Position numbers and translations under genes: made by a program
DNA from: an uncultured Phycisphaera sp.
GTDB taxonomy: Bacteria > Planctomycetota > Phycisphaerae > Phycisphaerales > Phycisphaeraceae
DNA length: 41,507 nt
Reading direction: 5' to 3'
Assembly (NCBI GenBank): GCA_964543215.1
Contig: CAZIXN010000002.1
Coordinates: 1 to 41,507, forward strand
Notes under the pieces: model-generated
The model's input: the letters and a program-made list of their open reading frames with translations, nothing else
What the model was told of the DNA's origin: nothing
Databases searched by the model: none
Shown: one piece after another, positions 16,142 to 24,497 of the stretch
Position numbering within the stretch: position 1 is the stretch's first letter
How the letters are laid out: the number at the start of each line of letters is the position of its first letter

Positions 16142-17329
16142 TCACACCAGCAACATCGCGTCGCCGTACGAAAAGAACCGGTACTCCCGCGCGATCGCCT
16201 CGGCGTACCACGCCTTGAGATTCTCCAAACCCACCCCCGGCAACGCCGACACCAACGCCAGCAGCGTCGAACGCGGCAAGTGAAAATTCGTCAGCAGCGC
16301 ATCGGTGTGGCGAAACGCAAAGCCCGTCCCCGGCACGATGAACAGGTTCGTCTCGCCGCGGATGCCCTCGGGATACAAAGCAAAATCTTCCGGGGCCGGC
16401 AACGACTCCAGCGTGCGCACCGCCGTCGTCCCGATCACCAGCCGGCGACGCCCCTGCGCATGACTCGCACCCAGCGCCGCCAACACCTCCGGCGACACGG
16501 CGAACCACTCGGCGTGCATCGCGTGGCCCTCCAGCGTCTCGCTACGCACCGGAAGGAACGTCCCCACCCCCACGTCCAGCCTCACGCCCAACCGCCGCAA
16601 CCCCAACGCATCCAACGTCGCAAGAAGCTCGGGCGTGAAATGCAGACCCGCCGTCGGCGCCGCGATCGAACCCCCGGAACCCCCGGAAGCCCCGCCGCCC
16701 GACCGATCATCACTCGCATACACCGTCTCGTACCGCGCGCGATCTTCCTCCGTGAACTCGGCCAGCCCCATCGCCTTGCGCGCCTTGCGGATGTACGGCG
16801 GCAACGGCGGCTTGCCCACCCGCGACAATCCCGACATCGCCGACGCTTCGCAAAGCGCCGCACCGTTCGCATCGCACGGCACCACCGCCCACGTGCCCGG
16901 CCCGACCCGCTCCACCAACCGCAGCCGCAGCCGGTCATCCAACCGAACCCACTGCCCCGGACGCAGCGTCCCCTTGCTTTCCAACATCACCCGCCACCGA
17001 AACGCCGAATCCGCTTCGCCTCCATCCTGCGTCACCGTTGCGCCCGACAAGTACAACCCCGTCACCCGCCCGCCGGTCGCCTCGCGCACCCCTTCCCAAT
17101 ACGCCGGCAACACGCGCGAGCGATTCGCGATCATCACATCGCCCGCCCGGAAGTGGGCCTTGGTCCCGCCGCCGCCTTCGACCAGTTCCGGCAGGTCGCG
17201 CACCTGTCGATGCTCGATCGTCCCGGCCGCGCGATCGATCACCATCAGCTTCGCCGCGTCGCGCGGCTCGGCCGGCGTGGTCGCGATCAGCCGCTCGGGC
17301 AACTCAAAATCCAATTCATCCGTCCGCAT
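16142..17329 (-). CDS. queA: S-adenosylmethionine:tRNA ribosyltransferase-isomerase QueA
   Basis: The N-terminus is MRTDELDFELPERLIATTPAEPRDAAKLMV. PLPPYI and LHFT are present. The C-terminus is AIAREYRFFSYGDAMLL. The protein contains a Gly/Ser-rich insertion. Confidence 0.9.
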   Translation of the reverse strand: MRTDELDFELPERLIATTPAEPRDAAKLMVIDRAAGTIEHRQVRDLPELVEGGGGTKAHFRAGDVMIANRSRVLPAYWEGVREATGGRVTGLYLSGATVTQDGGEADSAFRWRVMLESKGTLRPGQWVRLDDRLRLRLVERVGPGTWAVVPCDANGAALCEASAMSGLSRVGKPPLPPYIRKARKAMGLAEFTEEDRARYETVYASDDRSGGGASGGSGGSIAAPTAGLHFTPELLATLDALGLRRLGVRLDVGVGTFLPVRSETLEGHAMHAEWFAVSPEVLAALGASHAQGRRRLVIGTTAVRTLESLPAPEDFALYPEGIRGETNLFIVPGTGFAFRHTDALLTNFHLPRSTLLALVSALPGVGLENLKAWYAEAIAREYRFFSYGDAMLLV

Positions 17330-17366
17330 CCGCGGATGCTAAGCCGATTCGCGCCTCCGATTCCTG

Positions 17367-17440
17367 TAGCCGCAAGCCCACGGGTTGCGCGTGCTGACGA
17401 CGCGCGGGACGCTCCGCGCAGGCCGTCGCCCTGCGGCTAC
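17367..17440. repeat. REP-like imperfect palindrome, same family as 41258-41350
   Basis: The right arm cgctccgcgcaggccgtcgccctgcggctac (17410-17440) nearly matches cgctccgcgcaggccgttgacctgcggctg at 41321-41350. The left arm gtagccgcaagcccacgggttgcgcgtgct (17367-17396) is its degenerate complement. Confidence 0.7.
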
Positions 17441-17577
17441 CGGGCACATGTGGTATCGCCGCCACATCCCGCACGATGCGTCGTGGGGATGCACGGTCGC
17501 ATCGCGCCCCACCCCGCAGCGATCCGCATTTCCCGCGATGCACTGGCCGCGCCCGCCGGCGCTTCCACCTTTGGCAC

Positions 17578-17913
17578 GTGGACGTTTCCGTCGGCCATCA
17601 CGTTTGCCCCGACTTCGCGCCGCGGCACAACCTCGCGGTCGAGGCGATCCGGGCCGAACGCTTCGATCCCGTGCCGATCGCTGCGTCCAGCGTCCGGCAT
17701 CGCCCCGGCGATCGCGCGATGCTGGACTGTCTCTGCGTCACGCCGCAGACCCAGACGGCCGAAACCACGCCCGATCATGCCCCCGGCTTCCCGCGGCTCA
17801 CGGCCGCCAACCACCTCTCGCACGACCACGCCGGCGAACCGATCGTGCTCGTCCGCGAACAACCGATCTACCCGCCCGCCACGCTGGGCGTGATGCTCGA
17901 CGTGTTCGCCTGA
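17578..17913 (+). CDS. hypothetical protein
   Basis: GC3 is very high from GTG at 17578 onward (VDVSVGHHVCPDFAPRHNLAVEAIRAERFDP...). GC3 is lower upstream, between the track start ATG at 17476 and 17578. No family was recognised. Confidence 0.45.
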   Translation: MDVSVGHHVCPDFAPRHNLAVEAIRAERFDPVPIAASSVRHRPGDRAMLDCLCVTPQTQTAETTPDHAPGFPRLTAANHLSHDHAGEPIVLVREQPIYPPATLGVMLDVFA

Positions 17914-17926
17914 CGCATCACCCCCA

Positions 17927-17951
17927 AGCCGCGACGCTACGCGTCGCGGCT
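17927..17951. terminator. Perfect 11-bp stem, 3-nt loop hairpin after the 17578-17913 ORF
   Basis: The sequence is agccgcgacgc-tac-gcgtcgcggct, starting 14 nt after the TGA. There is no U-tract. Confidence 0.45.
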
Positions 17952-17978
17952 GATAGCGTCAGCGTCTAGCCTGCGTGC

Positions 17979-18710
17979 GTGTCCAAGCCGCGATCCCAAA
18001 AGCGATCCAACCCGCGCCGCCGCACCGCGACCTCCATCGAAGCGCTGCTGCGGCGCAAACGCCGACGGTCCGCCTGGCGGATCGTGGCGGTGCTGCTCTC
18101 GCTGATCGTGCTGGTGTTGCTGGATCGCGGCGGGATGCTGCTGGCCGGGCGCGGCGACATGGGGCGGTACGACGGCCGAACCTTCCTGGTCACCCGCGTG
18201 ATCGACGGCGACACCTTCGACATCGCCGCGCCCGACCTCTGGCTCGCCGAGCGTGACGGCCTGGCCGTGCCTCCGCCGGTGACGCGCGTGCGCCTCTGGG
18301 GCATCGACACGCCCGAAACCGCCAAAGACTCCGACCCCCGTTTCCCGGACCGGCCCGCCCGCCCCGCCGAACCCTTCGCCGACGACGCCGCCGCCCTCAC
18401 CACCCAACTGCTCGCCGGCCAGACCGTCACCCTGCTCCTCGAACGCACCCGACCCCGCGGCACCTACGGCCGACTCGTCGCCCACGCCCAACTCCAAGGC
18501 GCCGGCCAACTCGCCGAACGCCTCCTGCTCGCCGGCCTCACGCGGGCCGACGACCGCTGGCCGCACCGCTACGCGGAGCGCTACGCGCTGCTTGAGCAGC
18601 AGGCCCGTCGCGATCTGGTGGGCCTGTGGTCCATCCCGCGCGACCCGTACGCGCCGAGCATCCCGCCGCTGTCTTGGGAGCAAACGCCCGACGAGTTGTC
18701 CCAGCCCTGA
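17979..18710 (+). CDS. membrane-anchored thermonuclease (staphylococcal nuclease / SNase-like) family protein
   Basis: GTG start, then a basic N-terminus and a TM helix (WRIVAVLLSLIVLVLL). VIDGDTFDI, VRLWGIDTPET, YGRLVAHA and the C-terminal EQQARRDLVGLWS are SNase-fold motifs. Confidence 0.8.
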   Translation: MSKPRSQKRSNPRRRTATSIEALLRRKRRRSAWRIVAVLLSLIVLVLLDRGGMLLAGRGDMGRYDGRTFLVTRVIDGDTFDIAAPDLWLAERDGLAVPPPVTRVRLWGIDTPETAKDSDPRFPDRPARPAEPFADDAAALTTQLLAGQTVTLLLERTRPRGTYGRLVAHAQLQGAGQLAERLLLAGLTRADDRWPHRYAERYALLEQQARRDLVGLWSIPRDPYAPSIPPLSWEQTPDELSQP

Positions 18711-18807
18711 CACCACGGATTTTCGGCCAACGGGGATATCATGCGTGTCCCGCACGGCTCACCGTTGCGCTTGGATTCCGATCCCTCCCGACTCGAAAGG
18801 ACCGCCC

Positions 18808-19065
18808 GTGGGCTTTTCCATCACGCTCGGCCGATCGCGCCGCCCGCAAAACCCCCGCGACATGATCGCCGCCCACTCGGCGTTCCTCACATGGGCCATG
18901 CACGACGACCCCGACGCCGGCGCAAAACTCCCCCGCATCCCCACACGACGCCTGGACCCCTACCCGCCCGGCGGCGGCGGCTTCTCCGAACTCATGCGCC
19001 TCCCCGCCGCCAAAGAACTCGCCGCCCATTGGTGGCAATCCGCCATCCAGCGCGTCCGCGACTGA
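18808..19065 (+). CDS. small hypothetical protein
   Basis: The frame has high GC3 and ends ...HWWQSAIQRVRD* (TGA at 19063-19065). The start is GTG at 18808 or ATG at 18862. No family was recognised. Confidence 0.4.
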   Translation: MGFSITLGRSRRPQNPRDMIAAHSAFLTWAMHDDPDAGAKLPRIPTRRLDPYPPGGGGFSELMRLPAAKELAAHWWQSAIQRVRD

Positions 19066-19071
19066 GCATTT

Positions 19072-19188
19072 GGAACCACGGATGAACTCGGATGAACACG
19101 GATGGACACCGATCGTCCGTGGCAAGTGGCCCAACCGTGTCTTTCAGCTCTTGTCCATCTGTGCTCATCTGTGTTCATCCGTGGTTCC
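19072..19188. repeat. ORF-less hairpin built from about 10-nt tandem repeats (CGGATGAACN)n
   Basis: The left arm is ggaaccacggatgaactcggatgaacacggatggacac (19072-19109). The right arm is gtccatctgtgctcatctgtgttcatccgtggttcc (19153-19188). The outer 16 bp are perfect (ggaaccacggatgaac / gttcatccgtggttcc) and the inner part is imperfect. The loop is about 43 nt. Confidence 0.85.
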
Positions 19189-19239
19189 TTTCTCCCTGCC
19201 GAAATCTTCCGGGTGCTCTATCGTGCGGGGGTCTCCCTG

Positions 19240-19968
19240 ATGCCGATAGTGCTTGCCTCGCCCCTGCCCTCCGGGACCCACCCACCCATGAACGACGCCG
19301 CCTCGCCCTCCGCCGACCTGCCCGCCCCCGACGCCGTCGCCCCGCCCGCCGGCCCGATCCGCGCGACCATCAGCGGAGGCTACCGCGTCCGCCTGCTCAT
19401 CCTCGCGCTGGGCCTGCTCGCGTTCGCCGGCTGGTCCCTCTACGACGGCATTTACGCCTGGCCGAAAAAACAAGCCATGTACGAAGACCTCCAGGTTTTC
19501 ATGGAGCAGCACGACGACTGGCAGACCCGCTGGTCCGACCACGCCCGCGCCCAGGGCTACCCCGAGTCGGTCGTCAAGAACCCCACCAAACTCAAGCCCC
19601 TGGACAAATACGACATCGCCACGCAGTACGGCATGGCCGCCGTCTGCGGACCCATCGGCCTGTGGTTCGCGTACTGCTGGTTCGCCGCCGGCCGACGCTA
19701 CGTCGAGGCCGACGAACGCGGCGTCCGCACCCACGCCAACGTCGATCTCACCTGGACCCAGATCGAAAAGATCGAAGACGACCGCTGGAAGTCCAAGGGC
19801 ATCGCCTATCTGAAATACGCCGGCGACCAACGCATCCTCCTGGACGACTGGAAATTCGACCGCGACGCGACGACCGCGATCTACAAACTCGCGGAGTCGA
19901 AAATGGCAGGAAATCAAGAAAATCGGGAAAAGCCTGAAAATCAAGAAAATCCGGACAAGCTGCCGTGA
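19240..19968 (+). CDS. hypothetical membrane protein (two predicted TM helices)
   Basis: ATG at 19240, with an alternative at 19288. TM segments are VRLLILALGLLAFAGWSLY and AAVCGPIGLWFAYCWFAA. The C-terminal tail AGNQENREKPENQENPDKLP is encoded by the repeat arm. Confidence 0.6.
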   Translation: MPIVLASPLPSGTHPPMNDAASPSADLPAPDAVAPPAGPIRATISGGYRVRLLILALGLLAFAGWSLYDGIYAWPKKQAMYEDLQVFMEQHDDWQTRWSDHARAQGYPESVVKNPTKLKPLDKYDIATQYGMAAVCGPIGLWFAYCWFAAGRRYVEADERGVRTHANVDLTWTQIEKIEDDRWKSKGIAYLKYAGDQRILLDDWKFDRDATTAIYKLAESKMAGNQENREKPENQENPDKLP

Positions 19969-20430
19969 GTCGGCGGGTCCGCGAGGAGTTGCTGGATCGT
20001 TTCCTTCTCTTTTCCGTTCGCATCCTTCGCCTCTGCCGAGTGCTTGACTCGGCTTCCGCCCCGCGAAGGCTGGTGGATCAGTTGGTCGGCTCCGGCACGT
20101 CTCCCGGCGCACAGATGGCCGAAGCCGACGAAGCGATGAGCGATCGCGATTATCTGAAATCGGTACGCATCGCTCTCAAAGAACTCGGCGAATGCCGCTA
20201 TTGGCTCCGACTGATCACCGACGCCGAGTTGGTTCCCACGCATCAACTCGAAGACCTGATCCGTGAATGCGATGAACTTCGCGCGATACTTCGCACCATT
20301 TCCCATCGAACCAAAGACAACCTCGATCAATCCAATCGCTGAAGCCTCGGGTGTCCCAAGCTTCGTCCCCCTTTCATCAATTCCCCCTTTTCCAAATTTT
20401 CCTGATTTTCTTGATTTTCTTGATTTTCCT
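19909..20430. repeat. Inverted-repeat-bounded cassette B (arms about 19909-19955 and 20385-20430) enclosing a 4HB ORF
   Basis: gaaaatcaagaaaatc (19936-19951) is perfectly complementary to gattttcttgattttc (20404-20419, and again at 20413-20428). The arms are tandem GATTTTC-type units of about 7-9 nt. Confidence 0.8.
19965..20342 (+). CDS. four-helix-bundle protein (23S rRNA intervening-sequence protein / Avd-like family)
   Basis: REELLDRFLLFSVRILRLCRVL...VDQLVGSGTSPGAQMAEADEAMSDRDYLKSVRIALKELGECRYWLRLI matches the TIGR02436-type pattern (..QL.RS.tS.GAN..EA......DF..K..IA.KE..Et.YWL.L). The GTG start overlaps the upstream TGA (GTGA). Confidence 0.8.
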   Translation: MSRRVREELLDRFLLFSVRILRLCRVLDSASAPRRLVDQLVGSGTSPGAQMAEADEAMSDRDYLKSVRIALKELGECRYWLRLITDAELVPTHQLEDLIRECDELRAILRTISHRTKDNLDQSNR

Positions 20431-20435
20431 CAGTT

Positions 20436-21908
20436 TTACGTTTGCGAAGCAACCGCCCGCAGCTCCGGCGACACCACCTCCCGCCACAGAATCTTCAAAC
20501 ACGCCGCCGCCGGGATCGCGATCAGCAGGCCCAGCAATCCCGCCAGCGATCCGCCGATCAGCACGACCAGCAGCACCGTCAGCGCATCAAGGTTCGTCGC
20601 CTTGCCCTGCACGATCGGCTCGACGACGTACGCATCGAGGCTCTGCGCCACGATGAACACGATCGACGGCACGATCACCGCCCCCACCAGCGAGATCGAC
20701 TCGCCGTTCTGCAGGTTCAGCAGGCACGCCACGATCACCGTCGCCGGCCACACCACCAGCCCGACATACGGCACGAGCCCCAACACCCCGCCCGCCACGC
20801 CCAGCAACAGCGCAAAGGGCGCCGCATCCGTCAGCAGCAACCCCAGCGTCAGCAACACCGCCATGATGCTGCCCTGAATCAGCCGGCCGCGGATGAACGC
20901 CGACACCGACCGGTCCATCATCCCCAGGATTTCGTAGGTCCGCCGCTTCTTGCTCTGCGGCACGTACGGATCGAACCAGCTCACGAAATCGCGGAAACGC
21001 CAGGTCGCAAAGAAAAACACGAACGCCACCACCACCACAAACACCGACAGATAGCCGATCGCACCGAACACCGAACCCACCGCCCCGGCCCCCAGGTCCA
21101 ACGCCGTGCTGCTCGCCTGGGCCACCGCCTTCCAGTTCACGTCGCTCAGCGAGCCGGTCAGCGAATCCAGGAACGACCCGCCCGACTCGGCGTCGCTCGG
21201 AGCCGAACCCGGCGACACCGCATCCACCACCGCATCCACCACCGCGTCCGACATCGCCGACAGGTCGCCCGTCTCCACCGATTCGCTGCTCGCGCCGGCT
21301 TCGCCGACGCCCCCGCTTGCGACGTGGTCGTTGGCCGCGGTCGCCGACGCCTCCGCCGATGCCGGCTCGCCTTCGCCCGATGCCGGCTTGCCGGACTTGT
21401 CGAAAAACGAGTGCGCCACCACGTCCAACTGCTTCAGCGTCGCCGACAACCACTGCACCGCCGGATCGACCACCGCCGGCAGATCGTCCCGGTTCGCAAG
21501 ATCGTGAATCGTCGCGGGGATCCGCTGCAGCAGCTGCAGCGCCTGCCAAAGCATGATCGGGATCAGCACGAGCAACCCCGCCACGACCACGCCCAGCGAC
21601 CCGAGCATCCCCGCCGCCGTCACCGGCCGAGGCACGCGGAACCGCTGGTGCAGATACGTCACCGCCGGGTTGAGGATGTACGCCAGCGTCAGCCCCACGA
21701 GAATCGGCGTGAGCACCGGGCGGGTCGCGTACACCAGCCGGAACACCGCCGGCACCACGTACGACAACACCGTCATCACCACGATCACGCCCAGGCTCAC
21801 CTGAAACCAGCGCACCCGCCAGAGCGGAACCTGCGGCCGGCCCAGCGGGTCGTAGTCCCGCGGTGAATCAGATCCCGAAGAAGCAACGTCGTGCGGCGTG
21901 TCGGACAT
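20436..21908 (-). CDS. AI-2E family transporter (PerM / UPF0118) with a low-complexity insertion
   Basis: Multi-TM protein. The C-terminal region reads YVGLVVWPATVIV...IVFIVAQSLDAYVVEPIVQGKATNLDALTVLLVVLIGGSLAGLLGLLIAIP, typical of UPF0118. An Ala/Ser/Gly/Asp-rich insert of about 100 aa is present. Confidence 0.8.
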   Translation of the reverse strand: MSDTPHDVASSGSDSPRDYDPLGRPQVPLWRVRWFQVSLGVIVVMTVLSYVVPAVFRLVYATRPVLTPILVGLTLAYILNPAVTYLHQRFRVPRPVTAAGMLGSLGVVVAGLLVLIPIMLWQALQLLQRIPATIHDLANRDDLPAVVDPAVQWLSATLKQLDVVAHSFFDKSGKPASGEGEPASAEASATAANDHVASGGVGEAGASSESVETGDLSAMSDAVVDAVVDAVSPGSAPSDAESGGSFLDSLTGSLSDVNWKAVAQASSTALDLGAGAVGSVFGAIGYLSVFVVVVAFVFFFATWRFRDFVSWFDPYVPQSKKRRTYEILGMMDRSVSAFIRGRLIQGSIMAVLLTLGLLLTDAAPFALLLGVAGGVLGLVPYVGLVVWPATVIVACLLNLQNGESISLVGAVIVPSIVFIVAQSLDAYVVEPIVQGKATNLDALTVLLVVLIGGSLAGLLGLLIAIPAAACLKILWREVVSPELRAVASQT

Positions 21909-22000
21909 CCCGCCAAGCTAACGCTTTGCCTACACGCAGGAAACGCAAGCAAGACAGAAAACGCAGACCACGGAACACAACTGACTCAATCCGCAGCGCT

Positions 22001-22046
22001 GATTTTCTGCATTTGTTGATTTTTTTGCTTTTCCCGATTTTCCTGA
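22001..22046. repeat. Third copy of the GATTTTC-type repeat arm (same orientation as 20385-20430)
   Basis: gcttttcccgattttc (22027-22042) is perfectly complementary to gaaaatcgggaaaagc (19918-19933), which is the outer part of the left arm of cassette B. Confidence 0.75.
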
Positions 22047-22049
22047 TTC

Positions 22050-23372
22050 TCACTCCCGCCCGTACAACCCCGGGGGCAAGTCCGGCGGCTCGACCCGGCG
22101 GTGCGGCTCGGTCAGCGTCTCCAGAAACGCCACGATCGCCTGAACCTGATCCTCGCTCAATCCCAACGCGTGGATCAGCGGCGACTGCACCGGATAATCG
22201 GGGTCGTCCACCTGCGCCCCGCGCGGCTTGCCCACCGCGTTGCCGCCGTTGTACGCCCGCACGGTCACCGGCAGCGACTCGAACAGCCCGTGGTGCATGT
22301 ACGGCCCGGTCCGCGCGATGTGCCGTAAATGCGGCGTCTTGAACGCGCCCCGATCCGCCGGGTCGCCCGTCACCGCAAAGGCGCCGGGGTCGTAGTCGTC
22401 CCGCCGGGTGTAGAGGTGCAGCCCCGTCACGTGCAGCTCGCCGTCCGACAGCATCGGCCCGTGGTGGCAGTTCATACACCGCGCCTGCGTGCGGAACAGA
22501 TGCAACCCCAGCAATTCCTCATCGCTGAACGCAGACGTGTCGCCCGACGCGCTGGCCTGCCGCACGAAGCGATCAAACCGCGAACGCCCCGGCTCGATAG
22601 TCCGCACAAACGTCGCCACCGCCTGCGCGATCCGCTCGAGCGTCACCGGCGATCCCGCATCCGCGTGACCGTCCGCGAGCCGAGGACTGTGTCCTCGCCC
22701 CCCCGGCGACGAAGTTGCTGGCTCATCATCGAACACCGCCGCGAATTGCTCGACGTACGCGGGCACCTCCGCGATCTTCTTCGCCACCTCGTCCCCCACC
22801 CCGTGCATCTCATCGGCGTTGCCGATCACCTTGAGCGTCAGGTCTTCCAGCGACTCCGCCCGCCCGTCCCAGAACAGCCGCTCGAAATGCCCCGACCCCA
22901 GCGCCGTCGGCGCATTGCGGGGCAACACCAATCGGTCCGTCCCGAAACTCACCGTCCGCCCGTCCGCCCAGCCCAAATCCGGGTCGTGACACGAGGCGCA
23001 ACTCATCTGGTTGCTCCGGCTCAGTCGCGGATCAAAAAACAGCTGCTCGCCGAGTTCCGACTTCGCTTGGCTGTACGGATTGTCCGCCGGAAACACGACC
23101 TCGGGCACGGTCCCCAACTCCCGCGCCTCCACCCCCGGGTCCACCTCAAAAGGCGGCCAGTGGTCGGGATCGCCGGCGTAAGCGGCGCGGAGGTCCAACG
23201 ACGGCGTCTCGATCGAAGCGTCACGCTGCGGCTCGGGCGTGGTCAGGCAACCCGCGACCGCCAGGCAGCCGACCAAAACCCCCGCCGGCAACGATCGCAA
23301 CAACCAACTGCGCGGCCCATCGTTTGTCAGACGCATCTTTGAATGATACGGAACCACCCGCAGCGATTTCAC
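22050..23372 (-). CDS. di-haem cytochrome c peroxidase (CCP/MauG family), probable lipoprotein
   Basis: Two haem sites are present: [16 protein letters not shown] and [16 protein letters not shown] lipobox-like LAVAGC is present. The GTG at 23372 overlaps the upstream TGA. An alternative ATG lies at 23336. Confidence 0.85.
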   Translation of the reverse strand: MKSLRVVPYHSKMRLTNDGPRSWLLRSLPAGVLVGCLAVAGCLTTPEPQRDASIETPSLDLRAAYAGDPDHWPPFEVDPGVEARELGTVPEVVFPADNPYSQAKSELGEQLFFDPRLSRSNQMSCASCHDPDLGWADGRTVSFGTDRLVLPRNAPTALGSGHFERLFWDGRAESLEDLTLKVIGNADEMHGVGDEVAKKIAEVPAYVEQFAAVFDDEPATSSPGGRGHSPRLADGHADAGSPVTLERIAQAVATFVRTIEPGRSRFDRFVRQASASGDTSAFSDEELLGLHLFRTQARCMNCHHGPMLSDGELHVTGLHLYTRRDDYDPGAFAVTGDPADRGAFKTPHLRHIARTGPYMHHGLFESLPVTVRAYNGGNAVGKPRGAQVDDPDYPVQSPLIHALGLSEDQVQAIVAFLETLTEPHRRVEPPDLPPGLYGRE

Positions 23373-24220
23373 GGAGCCGTCGTGTTTTCCGACGCGGGGC
23401 TGCCGAAGTTCTCCGCCAGGCCTGCCGCGCCGTCGAGTCGGCCGATGTTCCCGGCCCCGAAGTCGCCGGTGAACTTCCGGTTGGTGATGAGATGCGGTTC
23501 GTTCTTCTGGGGGAAGCCGGCAACCTGTGCGGAGTTGTACGTGCCAAACGTCGCCTCGGGGACCGCAGGGTTGCGGACCGCGGTGTCGGGGATCGCGGCG
23601 TACCCGCCGGTGTTGCGGTTGTCGCGCATGTAGACGTAGTTGGGGCTACGGGCGAGCAGGTCTTCAGCCCGGGCCGATCCGGGGTTGGACGCCAGCTTGC
23701 TGGTGTTGCCGGTGTTCTTCCAGGTCTGGATGGTGCTCGGGCTGGCGGCGTTGATGAAGATGTAAGTGTTGCCGTAGTCCTGCATCTCGGAGATCGCGTC
23801 CGGGCAGACCCACGCATCGCCCGCGCCAGCGGCATAGCCGTTGACCTCGAGGTACGAACCCAGCCCCACGGCGTTCTCGTTGTTGTTGATGTACGGCGTC
23901 TGATGCGAGTTTCGCGGCATCACGCCGCGGTGCGGCAGCCGGAAGTTGTGATAGCCCGCCCGGCGGTCGCGGGGCAGGTAGCCGTCGTTGTCCACCGAGG
24001 CCGCGACGGAGGCGATGACGTTCTGCCGCAGGTTCTGGGCGCAGACGTTCTGCTTGGCGATGCCCCGGGCGTGACTCAAGGCCGGCAAAAGAATCCCGAT
24101 CAGCAGCGCAATGATCGAAATCACCACCAGCAACTCGATCAACGTGAACCCGCGATCAAGCGGGTGATCGTGGTCAAGGTGGCGAGCGGAAACGGTCGTG
24201 GTCGAGATCGGTGAAATCAT
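23369..24220 (-). CDS. DUF1559-type protein with a prepilin-type N-terminal cleavage/methylation domain
   Basis: [29 protein letters not shown] is the type IV pilin-like N-terminus characteristic of the planctomycete DUF1559 family. A divergent C-terminal [11 protein letters not shown] sits where the H-X9-DG-type block is expected. Confidence 0.8.
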   Translation of the reverse strand: MISPISTTTVSARHLDHDHPLDRGFTLIELLVVISIIALLIGILLPALSHARGIAKQNVCAQNLRQNVIASVAASVDNDGYLPRDRRAGYHNFRLPHRGVMPRNSHQTPYINNNENAVGLGSYLEVNGYAAGAGDAWVCPDAISEMQDYGNTYIFINAASPSTIQTWKNTGNTSKLASNPGSARAEDLLARSPNYVYMRDNRNTGGYAAIPDTAVRNPAVPEATFGTYNSAQVAGFPQKNEPHLITNRKFTGDFGAGNIGRLDGAAGLAENFGSPASENTTAP

Positions 24221-24497
24221 GAAGGTGTCACGGTCGCCGGGTCGGCATTTGGAACAGCAGGCGGCTCGAGGTCGGGAAGACCGGGCAAGGGTAGGACGAA
24301 CTCCGGGGTCAGAATCGGAGGGTTTCCGTCTGGGCGCTTGGTTCTGCGACCCTGGTTCACTATCCTATAACCAATGGGTGATTTTCCGAAGCAGTTTTGC
24401 TCGACATCGGGGTGGCCGAGCGCAATCTGGATGCGTGTCCGACCGACCGCGGCGGCTTGTGGAGTGCCCGTGTTTCCGTATTTCTGGAGTAGAACCG

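Noticed and set aside
19965-20342. Avd-like four-helix-bundle genes as markers of a diversity-generating retroelement.
   Set aside because: The window has no reverse transcriptase ORF and no template/variable repeat pair with adenine-specific differences. The inverted repeats are self-complementary arms, not TR/VR direct repeats.
21937-22000. A possible hairpin partner for the third GATTTTC arm within the 21909-22050 intergenic region (caggaaacgc...cagaaaacgcag).
   Set aside because: Complementarity is limited to a few scattered 6-7-mers in purine-rich low-complexity sequence. The 16-nt perfect match to 19918-19933 is the better-supported relationship.
24338-24366. A possible sigma-70-type promoter (TTGGTT-17 nt-TATCCT) in the AT-richer divergent region upstream of the PEP-CTERM gene.
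   Set aside because: Only 3/6 plus 3/6 matches to consensus. Planctomycete promoter rules are poorly defined, so there is not enough support to call a feature.
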